This document shows, one piece after another, positions 1-13,600 of a stretch of DNA of 64,000 nucleotides (position 1 is the stretch's first letter; each line of letters opens with the position of its first letter). Source of the stretch: Sphagnum compactum (taxonomy: Eukaryota). The notes beneath the pieces are model-generated. The model was not told the origin of the DNA, did no database searches, and saw only the letters and a list, made by a program, of their open reading frames with translations. The position numbers were made by a program, and so were the translations under genes. The DNA lies in the NCBI GenBank assembly GCA_965153455.1, contig OZ234494.1:1860001-1924000 (forward strand), in the 5' to 3' direction.

Positions 1-960
1 TCATCTCTATTCATGTTAAATGTAACTAGTTGCAAATCCTAGGCTTTAGGTTGTTCATTTTGAAGTCTACTTCTAGTTCTCGTCCATCATCAATTTGGTC
101 TTTAATTGTTTGAAAAGTCCATGAGTTAAAATGAACTTCTTATGCATGTTTTTATGACTTTTGCAAGATCACATCCACTAGTTGTAATTCACTTGTGCAA
201 TTAGCAAGAACAAAAATGAATATGATGTTTATATGTTTTTAAAAAATCCAACTAAGGAACTTTTCATTTATATGAATGTTCCAACAATTTATAATCCATA
301 TTGTTTTTAACCCTAAGAACTAGATTTGGATTATGGGTAGGGGAAGATAATGTTTTTTACAAATTGCTTGGTTATTTCCAAAGGTAAACATTGGTTTTCA
401 CTAAAAGTAAGGTTCCAACCATCTTTGATGCAATTATTTTCCCTTTACTGTTTGGTGATAATGTCCTAGGTGTAGAATTAGTAAACACAATAGTGGGTTC
501 ATTGTAGCACTCAACGGCACAACCACTATCACCTACTTTTTATCTGAACCAAACCTAACATTCGCGCATACTCTTCAAGTTCTAGCAAGTTTTTCTTGGG
601 AATCTTCATTGATGTCTCACGTTATGTAGCTATAATATAGTTTTCTTTCAATGCACCTTCTTTTGTGAACCATTCCCACATTGTACTCGTAGTTAGCTTT
701 GCATAAGGACTAGGCATGCTTGGTGATTTGATGTAAGCAATCTACAAAAATGTAAGAGAAATCTAATTTTATTTTCATATTTCTTCATTGTTGCTAGTAT
801 TTGGGGCCATAAATGTGGTTGAAACCAAATTTGATATTTCCCTTGTTTCTTACTATGTTTTGAGGGTCTCTTGTTTTTAGTGTCATTTTTCTTGATCTCT
901 TGTTCACTCAAAATCCTCACATTCTTTTGCTTGAACTAGGCTGCCCATTGGATGCTTTTC
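1..960 (-). mobile_element. Decayed pogo/Tc1-mariner (DDE_1-type) transposase relic, running off the window edge
   Basis: Manual minus-strand translation gives ...CIKDGWNLTFSENQCLPLEITKQFVKNIIFPY (~340-440) and ...IFIFVLANCTSELQLVDVILQK (~160-225). These resemble the DDE_1 motifs GWxxTxSxNHW and FxPxNxTxxLQPxD. N-terminal fragment YQIWFQPHLWPQILATMKKY lies in ORF 693-920. Many stops. Confidence 0.7.
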
Positions 961-1631
961 TTTTTGCACAATAAATTTTGTTGCATGCCAGCTACTATCT
1001 CTCAAGCTCTCTCTTCACAACCAACACCCTTTTTTCACTTGAAATTGTTTGAAATAGACTAATAATGTACTTTTGTCCCCCGTTATCAACCATTTTGCAC
1101 AAACATGAAATTAAGGTAAAAATTGGAAGAGCATTAGAATGTGGCCTAAGAAGGAAGAAAAGGAGTCTGGAATGAAAAGTAAGAACTTGAGAATTGCCAG
1201 AAGGCTGAAATACAAGAACAAGAAGTAGCCTTGATTTAAAGATGTTATAGTAGACCTAACCATATTGGAAACTACCTATTATTATGTACCTGACCAAGAA
1301 AGGTACATAATGAGAGTACCCAATTGTTGAAAAAAAAAAATTCACCTAAACTGTAGTGGAAATTTAAAATATTTATATTTATATTGCAAGAGTAGATTTT
1401 TCATATTGTCCTTCATAAAATTGGATTGGTATTTAGTTTGGCACTTCTCTAAATTGGATTCATTCAGAGCTCACATGAATTTGTCTTGCTACTTTGATAT
1501 AAATTTTTCTACCAAGATAGAAATGACTATTATTTTGGGGTCACATGCATGCCATGTTGCAATATATTAATGAAGATGTCGTGCCACAATACACTAGTAT
1601 AATTTGATACATTCCTCAATATGACTAAGTT

Positions 1632-1881
1632 AAGTCGCGCCTTGTCAAAGCAGGAAACCATACTAACCCTTTTTCAACCTTTTCAACCATCATTTTATGC
1701 TTGGGAGGTTTTAGTGTCTCCCTAAAAACAAACGTCTTGCCCCTGTGACTTATTGTGCTTAGATGGGTCGTTGGAAATCCATATTGGGGACGGGCTTTGA
1801 CAATCGTAGAGTTAAAAAGGGTGAAAAACGTGAAAAACAACAATCATTCATTCTTCATGGCTCCTTTACAGGCGCGGACTT
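1632..1881. mobile_element. Putative MITE upstream of the FLA gene
   Basis: Imperfect terminal inverted repeats: AAGTCGCGCCTTGTCAAAG at 1632 versus CTTTACAGGCGCGGACTT at 1864-1881 (reverse complement AAGTCCGCGCCTGTAAAG). No clean TSD. Confidence 0.4.
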
Positions 1882-2364
1882 TGGACCTCGGACATTACAC
1901 AATGTCATGATGGATCATTGCGCAACTACCAAACAAACTCTTTTAGCACTGCTCCTATATACTTTTACGTGACCCCGAAGCCTCAGGCAGCAGCAATAGA
2001 AAAGAAAAGGATCCAACTATTATTGGCTACGAACCAGTGTCCTTAGTGCAAGTCCGAGTGTCAGCCACTGTTTGTCCATTCCTCCCTCAACTACCTCCAC
2101 TCCGCTGTGTGCCTCTTCCGTGACCGTTCGCCCCCGCCCAACCGTCCTCCGAGAATCTTTCCATCAATCGGCCTTAACTTGCCGGACGCACTTTCCCATC
2201 ACCTTCACCCCCCACCGTCTCTGGCGGGCGAAAAACCAAATCTTTTGATCATTTAGCTACCACGCCACATTTGTGGGCTTCCCTGCAATTCCAGTAACTT
2301 TGCATGTTACTCCGCAGTTTGCTGCCGTTTGCGCACTATGCAGATGCAAACTAGAGGATCACCC

Positions 2365-3699
2365 ATGGCGCAAACGTTAATAGTGGTGGTCGTCATCGTG
2401 GGCATTCTGTCTTCTGCAGTTCTGGTCTCTGACGCTCAGCAATCTCGGGGCTCTAGGCCAATGTTCTTCGATGAGTTTGTGGTGGAGCAGACGCGAGTGA
2501 AGAATCTACCAGTGACGAGTAACAAGAGAGTAGGGAGTGGTGGTGGATCAATCCTGCAAGCGTTGCTGGAGTCGCAGTATTCGGAGTTCGTATGGTATCT
2601 AGACAAGGCGTCGTTGCTGCACAAGATAGAGAATTTTATGAGCATCAAGGGGAGCATTACGATATTCGCGCCGAAGAACAGTTTCCTCGAACAGCACCTG
2701 GACGCGGAGTTTCGTGACTTTCTGCTGCAGGACGGGAACCAGCTGCTGCTGCAGCGGATGCTGCAGTTCCATGTTCTGCCAGTGTTTCTGGAGGGCGCGG
2801 GATGGAGCAACCGGACCGTAATTTCGCTGTCGGGCGACGCGATCAACTTGCGCTCCTACGGCCTAAAGCGTTATGTCGAGTTCTCGCGTGTTTTCTCCCC
2901 GAACTCCATCATTCGCAACGACGGGATCGTGCACGGTGTCAACGGCTTCCTCATCCCGCGGGGAGTCTCGTACCAGTTCGAGGAATGGAAGAGGAGCGGC
3001 AAGTTCGCCGTGCTCCCAAAGAGGAGCGAGCTCGCCGTGCTCCCAAAGAGCGCACCTGAGGACGGACGTGCTGTTAAAAAGAGAGGATATCCTTCGTCGC
3101 TCCCTTCGAAGCTCTCTGCCACAGCTCAGGCTCCCGAGTACTTCACGTATTTTGCCCCAGCTCCTGCGTTTGCTCCAGCTCCAGCTCCAGGACCCTCGCA
3201 ACAGAGCTTCACCTGGGATGATGAGGAAGAAGTCGCACAGTTCATGACCTCGTTAACGAACTTCGGCGGGTACAATGACATGGCGGAGCTTCTTGTCAAC
3301 TATACATCGCTAGCTGCTGAGATTGGGAGGCTCGTGAATAAGGGATATCGCTTGACGATCCTGGCGCCCAATGACGAGGCCATGGCACAGCTCACTCCCG
3401 AGCTACTGAATTCACCTCTAGAACGCATTCTGTATTATCATATTCTGTCTGAGTATCAGACTGAGGAGAGCATGTACAACGCTGTGCGCAGATTAGGTGT
3501 CCAAACGTATAGCACTCTGCAGCATCCACTGAAGCTGTCAGCGCGGGAATCCGATGGCACAGTGCTGTTTGGAGAAGGCGAGGATTCCGCACATATATAC
3601 GATCATGATATCTATATTGATGGTCGACTTTCTATTCAGGGGATTAGTAAGGTCCTAATTCCACCATCCGAAACGCCAACGCCTCTCCAGTCAGCATAG
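2365..3699 (+). CDS. Fasciclin-like arabinogalactan protein, two FAS1 domains (FLA15-18 / group B-like)
   Basis: Uninterrupted ORF with start at ATG 2338 or 2365. Hydrophobic signal peptide MAQTLIVVVVIVGILSSAVLVSDA. FAS1 motifs TIFAPKN...FHVLP...IVHGVNGFLIP and TILAPND...YHIL...IQGISKVLIP. Ala-Pro AGP linker APAPAFAPAPAPGP. Conserved EYQTEESMYNAVRR. No obvious hydrophobic GPI tail. Confidence 0.93.
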   Translation: MAQTLIVVVVIVGILSSAVLVSDAQQSRGSRPMFFDEFVVEQTRVKNLPVTSNKRVGSGGGSILQALLESQYSEFVWYLDKASLLHKIENFMSIKGSITIFAPKNSFLEQHLDAEFRDFLLQDGNQLLLQRMLQFHVLPVFLEGAGWSNRTVISLSGDAINLRSYGLKRYVEFSRVFSPNSIIRNDGIVHGVNGFLIPRGVSYQFEEWKRSGKFAVLPKRSELAVLPKSAPEDGRAVKKRGYPSSLPSKLSATAQAPEYFTYFAPAPAFAPAPAPGPSQQSFTWDDEEEVAQFMTSLTNFGGYNDMAELLVNYTSLAAEIGRLVNKGYRLTILAPNDEAMAQLTPELLNSPLERILYYHILSEYQTEESMYNAVRRLGVQTYSTLQHPLKLSARESDGTVLFGEGEDSAHIYDHDIYIDGRLSIQGISKVLIPPSETPTPLQSA

Positions 3700-5711
3700 A
3701 GGTAGGCGCAGCCGCACTTCGCCAAGTTTGCATCTGAATTTTTTCTGAACTCAACAGTCGCAATTTCTTTGGTGTGATCCAGATACGTTTCCACCATGTA
3801 AGACACCAGTGGACCTAACCCTATATTGTGCGGTCTTTAGGTTTCCAGGACTGATGTGATTGCAGCCTTTGGGGAACTACATTGCTGATGCTTCACAGGC
3901 ATGAGTCAATTGTGTAGTTACCATTTGAATGGGCAAACACTGGGGTTTGTGCCTCTGGCTTATGTCACAGAGATAAATCAAAAGTTGTGCAAGCTGATAA
4001 CACAAGCAGGATTAAACTCATTCTCAGGCCTCCATATCCAATACTTCTGATCACGAATATGCTTGAAATGTGTACACTTTTAGGTTAGCTAGGAAAGGTT
4101 AGTACCTCTGTTCCCGAGCTTTGTTGAAAACAGAAAAACAAACTTGAGTGACGTCTTGCTTACTTTGCTTTTTGAGATTGGTGAGGAGGATTAAGTACAG
4201 TATGTCTCACAGTCATCTCTGTGTGCTTGATGTGAAGAAAGCCTTGTTAATTACAGCTGTGGAGACAGAAAATGGATGATGACGGGCTGGCCAAGACTTC
4301 TAGCTGTGGATATCAACAGTGTTATGGCCCCAATCTAAGATGAGCACTCTGCCAAACATGTGAGCAATGCGGCTTACAGATGAGTACTGATGCAAATGCA
4401 ATGCTAAGCAGTTCGAACCATCCTTGCTGCAGTAGGAGCTACCTCCATGAATTAGACAAAGAAATTTGAGCAACCAAATCAAACCCATCTACTCTGTCAA
4501 TAGCATCTATTGTGGTCTCAGCTGCACCGTGGCATTGCCCATGACAGCATTCATGTTTGTCAGGAACCTTATACATAGTCCTGTTGTAGAATTGCATGTA
4601 ACCAATGAACATAAATCAGCTTGATTCTTCTGTCCTGCCAGTGACCTTGTACATGCATGAAGCGCTCTCATCAAGAAAGAAGCTATTGATTCGCAGAATC
4701 AAAAGTTCTGATCAATTTTGAATTTGTGAAATAAAGTCCTCCCTCTACCATATGGTCAACTGGTTCCAACCTCTCTTGCTATCAGGTTCATTAAACTACA
4801 GCCAATTTTGTCAAGTCTGTTTTGAGTTTCTACTGAAGGGATGGTGAGTGTTCTTCATCAAGTTAGGATTCACTGTTACATAGTTTCAAGGAGATGTAAC
4901 TAAAGGTCACGACTTTCTTTCTCATTGAACTCAGTGTATTCATTTCTCAGTGAACTCAGTGTCTTTCTGTACATTGGGTTATTGTGCTTCCTGTCTTCAA
5001 TTTCTGGATGAAGGTGTGGCTTTACTTTGTTTGCCTTCACTTCCTGCACACCACACAAAACCAATGTAGATGGCACAACTGAACAATCAGGAGGGCTGAC
5101 AATCCTGTACATCGAATCATAAAAATTGCTCTCCAGTCAACTTCGAGAGTCACTTGATAAAAGTGCAACAATAATAGGTCTCCGTCACTTTGCTACATGG
5201 CGATGTTCCCCTTGAGTAGGGTGGGCCTTAGTCTCGCTCCTATGACATCTGTCCTCCACAGCCTGTCTCTCAGACGTTGTTTCTTTTCCAAACCTGAACC
5301 TGGTGCCTTCAATTATTCAGCAATCATCAAATTCACGACCAATCAGGACATCGTGAGTTACCTACCTATAAGTGTCCACCAGATTTGTCCTGTTTGTAAA
5401 TGGTGTGGAGGACACTCTGGGTGTGAAGTTGTGGGGAACTTCAATGACCTACTCACCTTACAGATCAGAAACTCAAAAGGAGCTAGGACAAGGCCATAGC
5501 CAAGTCCAGGCCTGCATTGTGGGAATGTCCCCCACCCATAGGCCTATCAACCTCGGAGAGAATTCTTAGTGTATTTGTAAGGCACCTCAAATATGGGAAT
5601 AATTTGATCATTACGATAGGGTGGCGGAATTTCCCCTCATGAAGGTCTTTTTGGAAAGATTTCTATTTCTAAGATTATCTCGATTATTGCAACATTGATT
5701 GCGTAGGATAA

Positions 5712-5797
5712 GGCCCTGCTGTCAGGGAATTACTGTACTGCGTGGAGCTCGGATGGAGCCCTCAGTGCTCACACAGTAGTTCCCTGATAGCAGGCCC
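5712..5797. mobile_element. Very small Tourist/PIF-Harbinger-like MITE (86 bp)
   Basis: 25-bp TIRs GGCCCTGCTGTCAGGGAATTACTGT / ACAGTAGTTCCCTGATAGCAGGCCC with 3 mismatches. Flanked by TAA (5709-5711) and TTA (5798-5800). Confidence 0.6.
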
Positions 5798-6704
5798 TTA
5801 CCCTATACTTTACCCATTTTAAGTGCCAGTTGAAACATTGCCATACATAGATCACAAGGTCCTAGGAAGGGAGGGTTTTGTAGGAGTGGGAGGGATTGTA
5901 CACCTTCTTATAGGCCTAACTTCACAGGAGTGGGACATTACACTTAACAACCCCTCTTACTCTTAAAGGGTATGCATTTGAACCTCCTCTTTTCTAGTGA
6001 GGACATTTACAAGGATAAGGTGCCCTCCAAATGCACTAGAAATTTCTTCAAGTGCGCACTTTACATGCTCTAGTCCTCCAGTTGGCATTTAGGAAGATGA
6101 CATGACAATAGTCGGAGGCAAATAAAAAATTCCAGGCTCGTAGAAACTGAGAACTAGGAGGAAATCAAGTGAGATCTCAGGATGCGTCAGGTCCTTTTTA
6201 CCCAAGGACTACGACCAAGTTCAGAGGTGCTCACTTACTGACCACAGTAGCTTGGGCAAAATGATTGACTTTACTTTCCCCAATTAGTGGAAATTCATCA
6301 GCTTCAAAACTATTTGTTCAAAAATTTCTCCCAGAAATTCGCCAGGCTGCAAAATTTCCTGCTTCTGACTTACATCAATGAGGAGGACATGGTTCATTTC
6401 TAGCATTCAAAATGGGGCAGCTGCAACTGCCTGATCCACTTTCATTCCACCCCAGATCTGCAATGAAGAAGCAATTAAGTTGGTTATCTACCTCGCATTT
6501 TGTTAATATGCGTCACCTCAATGACTTTCAATCCAGCTTCCTGAATCCCCATTCCTCCAAAAATTTGGTTTCAAGGTCGAATACTCTTGCAATGGACTTA
6601 CTTAGAGTATGTCTACAACAAACAACACCATAGAGTTTATTATTCAAGGAGTGGACTGTGGAAAAGAGTGCAACTGTAGTCGATTGCAATACCAAGGCAT
6701 ATTA

Positions 6705-8267
6705 CTAGAAGAAAAACCCCATTTTTCGACTTGTCTTAGGCAATTAAAAGTGTCTTTTGCGACTATTTTTTATTAAAGAGATTTTACTCACAGGGCGTCA
6801 GCTAAGGCTGCTGTTGTTGATGGACCCAAAAGCCGCACCTGCTTTGGCCAACCAGAGTTAGCATTTATAACAAGCAGCTCTGCCACAAGAAGCTCTGTCC
6901 TGAAAATATTGTATTACATTTAATGTTATATTATGAACTGAAATTATATTGGATGAAAGTTTGTTGGCTTTATGATAGATCATGATTTTTTTTTTCACAT
7001 TTGTACTAAAAAAAAAGGTTTTCTAACCATCTTAGAATTATTCATTGTGGATATTTAGAAATTGAAACCATAGTTTCATTGTCTTTTCTTTAACCATACA
7101 AATGAATATAAATTTATAAATAATTATATTGTTTAAGAAAACCAAAAGTTTTGTCAAACTTGAATAATGTAAACAATTTTTCAGCAATGTGCATGAGATA
7201 TTTTGATGTTTGAAACAAACATCAGTATTGAATGGATATAATTTACTTGGAAAGAATTTTATTTTTAGTTTCATTTTCATTTTGAAGTTTAAGAATTTGA
7301 CAATTCTTATATTTGTTTTTGTTGCATTTTGGGTTTAGGTTTTCCATAAAAGGTGTTTTGCTGTGATGTTTGATGGGTGTATGTGTGGATAAAAAAATCA
7401 TTCAATTTTTATTATGGTAATTGAATCCTTATTATGGTAAATGATTGGGATTTACCAACTTTTATATCTTTAATGATGGTTCAATTGGTGTCCATTTTAA
7501 TTCAATGTTGTTGTTGTAATAATGACTATATTTTTCTTTTGTTAATGTTCCAATTTTAAAATTTTGAAACATTCTCCATATAATGATTGTTTCACAATAT
7601 GTTGTTGATGCTTTAAAAATGCCATCAGCTCCATTCACAAGACCATTATATGTTGCAGAGTTACCAGCATATAATTCAACCAACATATCTTTTTAAATAT
7701 TAATTGTAAAACACAAACCTGCAATTCTACCCAGATCATTTGAAAGTTTGTAAAATGGTGGGCATGATTGATGGTTCATGTCCATTGCTTTGAAAATAAA
7801 CATGGGACCTAATGTGTTGTTGAACACATTTTCATTGTGCTTTTGCACAAGTTTATTTGTATAAAATAAATACGAAATAATAAAATTGTTGGGTGGTTGT
7901 CGATTACAAATTGAATTTATAAATTCAATATCCTTTGTATTTTTTATTGCAGTACGAAATTTGTTCAAATTTTGTATAAAGACCACATCAGACTATCACA
8001 TAACTTTATTTAGTTCATAACATTAAACATATGTTTGCCAAAAAACTGGTGTTAGTGCATTAACATTATTTTTGATATTTTGAAACATTCAACTATTTTT
8101 GATAGGGAGTGTTTGATAGAAATCACATGTCATGTTACCATCAACACCACCAAAGAATTTGCTTTGAATGTGTTTTATGGACTTTAGCCTATTATCTATA
8201 ACATTAAACATTTTAACACCAACAAGTGATATTTCATCTATCACAAGGAGTTGTAATTGTTCATATC
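6705..8267 (-). mobile_element. Helitron-type relic with PIF1-family helicase fragments and a candidate CTAG 3' end
   Basis: Minus translation of 8090-8267 gives YEQLQLLVIDEISLVGVKMFNVIDNRLKSIKHIQSKFFGGVDGNMTCDFYQTLPIK (PIF1 DEIS and FGG..xDFxQ motifs). ORF 7462-7686 contains GLVNGADG (PIF1 signature). The minus strand ends ...TTCTTCTAG|T at 6705, matching the Helitron CTRR/T terminus; the subterminal hairpin is degenerate. Confidence 0.75.
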
Positions 8268-10612
8268 ACCCTAACCTCCAAGCCCTAGCCCAAGCCCATA
8301 TAGCCCCTATAGTTATAGATATACAACTATCGGATGTATCAAACACAAGGAGATGAGACTTGGTATATCAGGTATCATGTGTTCACGAATCACACTTGCT
8401 TTAGCATGTTTGATTGAGAACCAAGTGCTCTTCTAACCCAGTTTTGCTAACTATATTTTGACTCATTATGCTCAAAACCTTGCAAATTGAAGGTCAATAT
8501 GTTCAAACCTTTTGTCTCGGCACATGTTGCTGGCTCTCCCTATGGTCTCTTAGTTCTTTCACCCAAGTGATTTTACAGATGGTCTTGTCATTCTTAGCTC
8601 ACATGGATTTGTAAAACACTCCCACCCAAGATTGAAATTAAATGCATAGAAAAATTGTTCAAGGCAAGATTGCTTAATATTCATGCAGTGTCAAAATGTG
8701 ACTTACTTATAAACACTAAATTATGTTGGAAAGAAATGAGAGTTGTTGTACGCCCATGAAAACAATGACTGTGAAGCTAAAAAGCTTTATTGACAATAAT
8801 GAAAAACCTTGGAAACAAGGGCCACTGAAGAGCCCCACACTAGAATTCAAGGGTCACTTGGTATTGGCATGCTTCTTCAAATAACATTCATTGCCCATAT
8901 GCCAATGATGTGCATGCCAATATAACCTACTAGACAAGTCATGCAACAAGTCCTTCTGTAAAGCAATTGTGCATGGACAATTATATTCCCAGCTAAATAC
9001 ATCTATCGCTGATTGCAAATGTCATTTTTTGCATTAAAGGTCAAAATGTTTTGGATGCGAGGTGTTTCAATAGATGTTATTAGATAGTAATATTTGGTGA
9101 CCTTTCCCTCCTATTTGTCAAAACGTGCATTCATTCAGGGGTGCACCCAATTAGTGTTTCCTTTTTTTTGTTTTCTAAAGAGCCTCTCACCAATTTGGGG
9201 CATTGGGCAATTGGCAATAGCAACTGAAACACCCCTTCGGTCCCCAGCTCCCCAATATGGAGGTACAATTGTGCATCTCTAAGGGGTCCTTCACAGAGTT
9301 CATTTCTTTTATGGCCAAACAACAATGAATTCAAATAAAGTTACATTCACATACCTTAATTATGTCATGGCCACTACCGCCTTCAAACAAACTTAAAAAA
9401 CCTTCATATTGTCTTCTGTTGATAATAAAGATACTAATGTTCTACTTTGTAGTTGGGTTGGGGTCTTTTGGAGGAAGGCCCATCATCCTCAAGCTATGCA
9501 CAACAACCTGCGCAGTATGAAAAAATTATTCATCCAATGTATTTACAAAAAAAGTAAACATGACTATTGCTGATATTAAGCAGTGCATCACTTGTGGCTA
9601 TGAGTTCCATCTATAGAACTAGAGGAATAAGTTTCACCTTCTAAGGAAAGTCCTTCCATACTCCTCTCCTACTGTTGAACTCCTCCACTGGACCCTGAAC
9701 TCTTTGCAATTAGAGACAGAATCTAACACAAGGTGTGGAAGTGACTTCCAATCATTTGGTGTTTGAAAACAAGATCATTGGACTATATGACCACAACAAT
9801 TGCAAGCATGTCCTCCCAAAGCTCAGACTAAAATCCTTAACAAATGAACCACATGAACATTACCTACTCATATACAAATATTCTCCAATCATTACACCTA
9901 GAAGTCATATGGTAAGATACTTGTGAGCTAGGAGGCTCAACTTCAGTAAGCTTTCCCACACTAAATTCCAAAGGACCTCCATAAAAGTATGTTACAGAAA
10001 AACTTAGTGCAAGGTCCAACCAACTATTGAAGCTATGAAACCAACGACAAGCAATATTGTAAGATCTACTGCAAGTATTGCCACTATCTTCATTTTCATG
10101 CCCACCTCCATTGATCTCCAACTGGTGTTCCCTTGTCATTGCCCCTAACTGAACTATATCTATACATGAGTGTCCCCTCCAAAGAATTGAATGATTTCAC
10201 ATGATTGAAATAGTTTTTGTTGTAGCTGAACTAACTTGACAAGGAGTTTACCAACAGTTGCATAGAGAAGAAGTTTTTTGCCACAACTAACAACATGAAC
10301 TTGTAAGATAAATGGGCGAAGAGAAGCAATGAGAAGAGAGTGATCAAGTGAGTCACAAGAACCACTCCTTGGCAGAAAAAACTTAGTCTTGAAGTTACCT
10401 TCACCTTCTGACTGGTACAGTTGGAAGGCCAAAGAAATTTGTGCTTCATCCTCCAGATGAAACTGTTCCAAGCAATTCTGGCTCAAGGTTTGATGCACTC
10501 ATGTTGTTGGCACTCCTTAAGCTGTTGAATGAATCCTGTGCTGAACTTCATGCATCTTGCAATTCCCAATCAATTGATCAAGAGGAAGTCCACCCTGGAA
10601 CACTACAGCCAC

Positions 10613-13600
10613 TTATGTGGTGGCAGCATAAGCACCTAAGCCAAGTGACTTGGGTCGCTTCACAGCCTCCACAGGGCTGGCTATGCCTTGACCATCTTTG
10701 CCAAGACCCTGGCCTTCCTGAAAACCCATCTTTGACATCATACGAGATCCAAAGCCACGGGTATGGGCCTCAAATGTGCCAATTGCTGAAGCAACCACTG
10801 CAATGCCCTTTATTTCAGTCAAACCTGCAGCCTCTTTGCTCGATCTTTCCCCCTTCTCAGTGATACCTAAGGCATGGGACCCCAAAGGAAAGCCAGAAGT
10901 AACTACTAATGAAGAGCTTTCTTCTTGAGATCTGATGATGCCACTTGAGACAAATGACATTGGTTTGGATGCATATGTAGTAGTTCCTTGGCCCCTTTTT
11001 TCAGTACTTCTCTGTCCATGACCTGCTACCAATAGGAGCGTAAGCATCTTCAGACAAAATACATTCATACATTGAACAAAGCAATTCCCTGAGGATACAG
11101 TTCCCAGCTAGCTAACAGAACAAGGACCAACCCACATTTACCTGATGGTTTCATTTTATGCTTCCACTGCTGTGAGGAACCTTCAGATTGGTCATTTTTG
11201 TGATGCTTGTGGCTTCTCTGCCTATTAAGACTTAGCTGCATGATCTTTGAAGCTTGTAGAGCAGTACCATTGGATTTTTTGACCATTTTGTGCCCCTTGC
11301 TTGTCATTGCCCTACTAGAATCTGGCATTCCAACTTCTGCACCTTGTCCAAGCATCTGCAGTCACCATGGATCACAATGACACAACAGGAGATAATAGAA
11401 GCGCAGCTTCAGAGAAAATAGCCCAAGACAACATCATAGGATTAGCTCCAACACATCTTGATGCTGGGGGTAACTCACCAGATTTTTCTTTCAACCATCT
11501 AGCTATCAAAATAACTTCACAACACAATGGCATGAGGTTAAACTCACAAATAGCAACCGATCTTTGTCTATGCCTGTAGGCAAGCTAGTGTGCCTTGTGC
11601 GAGTCACTACTGTGAACCTGTCATGAAGGCCCACCACACCATCAGATAGGTCCCACAGTCCCATAGCAACAGTCTAGCCCCCAAATCCCCCAACTAAGAC
11701 ACACACAAAGAAGGCACAATGGAAGCTGGCATCACCTATACTGGCACTGCTATGGAATTGATTAGAATAACAGATCAGGAGTACAGAAAACCCACAAACC
11801 TTCTCTTGCCTGAGCCCTGACTGCTACTTTTCAATCTGTAGATGGAGGCTAACTTATGGATCTGCACAGCAGCACACACAACCTGATGTTCATAAACAGA
11901 GGCCTGGTATCAAGCTACATGAACTGTTTGCAAGTTCAACATCTTCAAATCAAACCAAAGCTGACTGTGACTGGGCTGGCCTGGAAATAAAAGAAAACAA
12001 CAGGTTGGCCAAGTAGTCTCTGCAGGCACAGTTGAACCCTAGAACTTCTGGATACTTCAGGCAATGATGTACTTGCTTCAAGACTGATCATTGAAGGAAC
12101 TCTATGGTGAATTCTCTTGAAGATTGCACCTGAGCACGATCTCGGTCTTCCATGGGCTCAAATGCAAAAATATCCACAGATTTTGTCACCACCTCTTCCA
12201 GTGCCTATTCACTCCTCATCATCCACAAATCATTAGCTCCAAGGATCTGACTTTATAACTGGTGCAGCTATATTCTTCTACTGAAGCAAGTAGATGTTGC
12301 AGGGACAAAAACACCAACACTGTTACAGAGTATTATCCTAAAGATTCAGGGTGCTACATCAACTCAGGATATTGATTTTCCAACATTCTGAAAGTTTTAA
12401 CATGCGGATTCTATTACACTCAAGGACTGTACCGCATTGACAGCTGCAAGGTCAAAGCCACGGCATTGTGCACGAATCTGACGTTTAGCAGCTATCTGCT
12501 CCTTCCGTTGTCGTTTCTTTTCCCCTGTCATACTCTGCCACCTTAGAGCACAACTTCACATTGTCTGGACAGGTAAGAGGAGACATACTGAACACAAAGG
12601 ACTTAAACACTGAGTCTCATGTAACAAGCCATACTGAACAGATGCTCCTGCTGCCATGATAATTATGACAAAAGCAGGTCATGAGACTTGCTCACTATCT
12701 AAAATGCATACTGGCTTTATAAGCCCGAGAAGGTAGTATCAATGCCACAACCCATTGATCAATAGATACTGAACATTAAGGAGTTTGGCAAAATACCAGG
12801 TAAATGTTTTAACTTCTTTTTGCCTTTGTGAACATTTATGGGCCATGCTGAGGCATGCATGGATACTGTTTGCCTTCCTGCAACTTGGCTTTTATCTGCA
12901 ACCATGTTACGATAATCATAAACACAACCCCACTAGGGTGCAAGAAGAACAAAGCTATAGCAGACAAAAATGATGGCTGTCCCCTTGACTTCATGATACC
13001 CCAGCATTCATGTGGGGTGTCAAGATTATTCTGGAAAGTCAGTATGTGCAATCCTGAGAAATTTGCAAATGTGAATTCCAAATCTAGACTCCCTCCAACA
13101 CAAATCATTAATCAGTACAAGAGACATTCTGAGTCAAATGCCCAGCCAATGGCTCAATCAACCAATTCTGTCATGTAGTATCTACTAGTTGGTGGAGACC
13201 ATAGTAAAACTAAAAAGACAAATAGGAGTTCTGAGTCTGTTCCAATTAACGTGCTGAAATAGTTATCTTGCTTATTTAGTCACACATAATGGTGTATGTG
13301 GTCAACACTTGACTGCATGCCTACAAAAGGATTACAGATCTGTAGGTGAAGTGTCCTAGGGAGTCCATTGATGCAGAAACACACCTGGTGTAAGGTTTGA
13401 CTCCTCCCAAATCTCAAACAGTTGGTCAACGTGGCGCTCATCCTCTGAGTCATCAGCCTGAGTGTCTCTACCATTATCATCCAATTGCAAATCTCTCTTC
13501 CATAATGCAGCCACTGCCTCATGCTCAACTTCCCCATCAGAGCTCTGTACAGAGCCTTCTTCAAAATGCAATGCCTCAGCAAGCTCATCAAGCTCTGAGT

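Noticed and set aside
4280-5110. Possible decayed gene on the minus strand downstream of FLA
   Set aside because: The short ORFs give no recognisable domain or consistent splice pattern.
9600-10500. ORFs of 60-112 aa downstream of the G-patch stop codon
   Set aside because: No motifs; compatible with 3' UTR or decayed repeat sequence.
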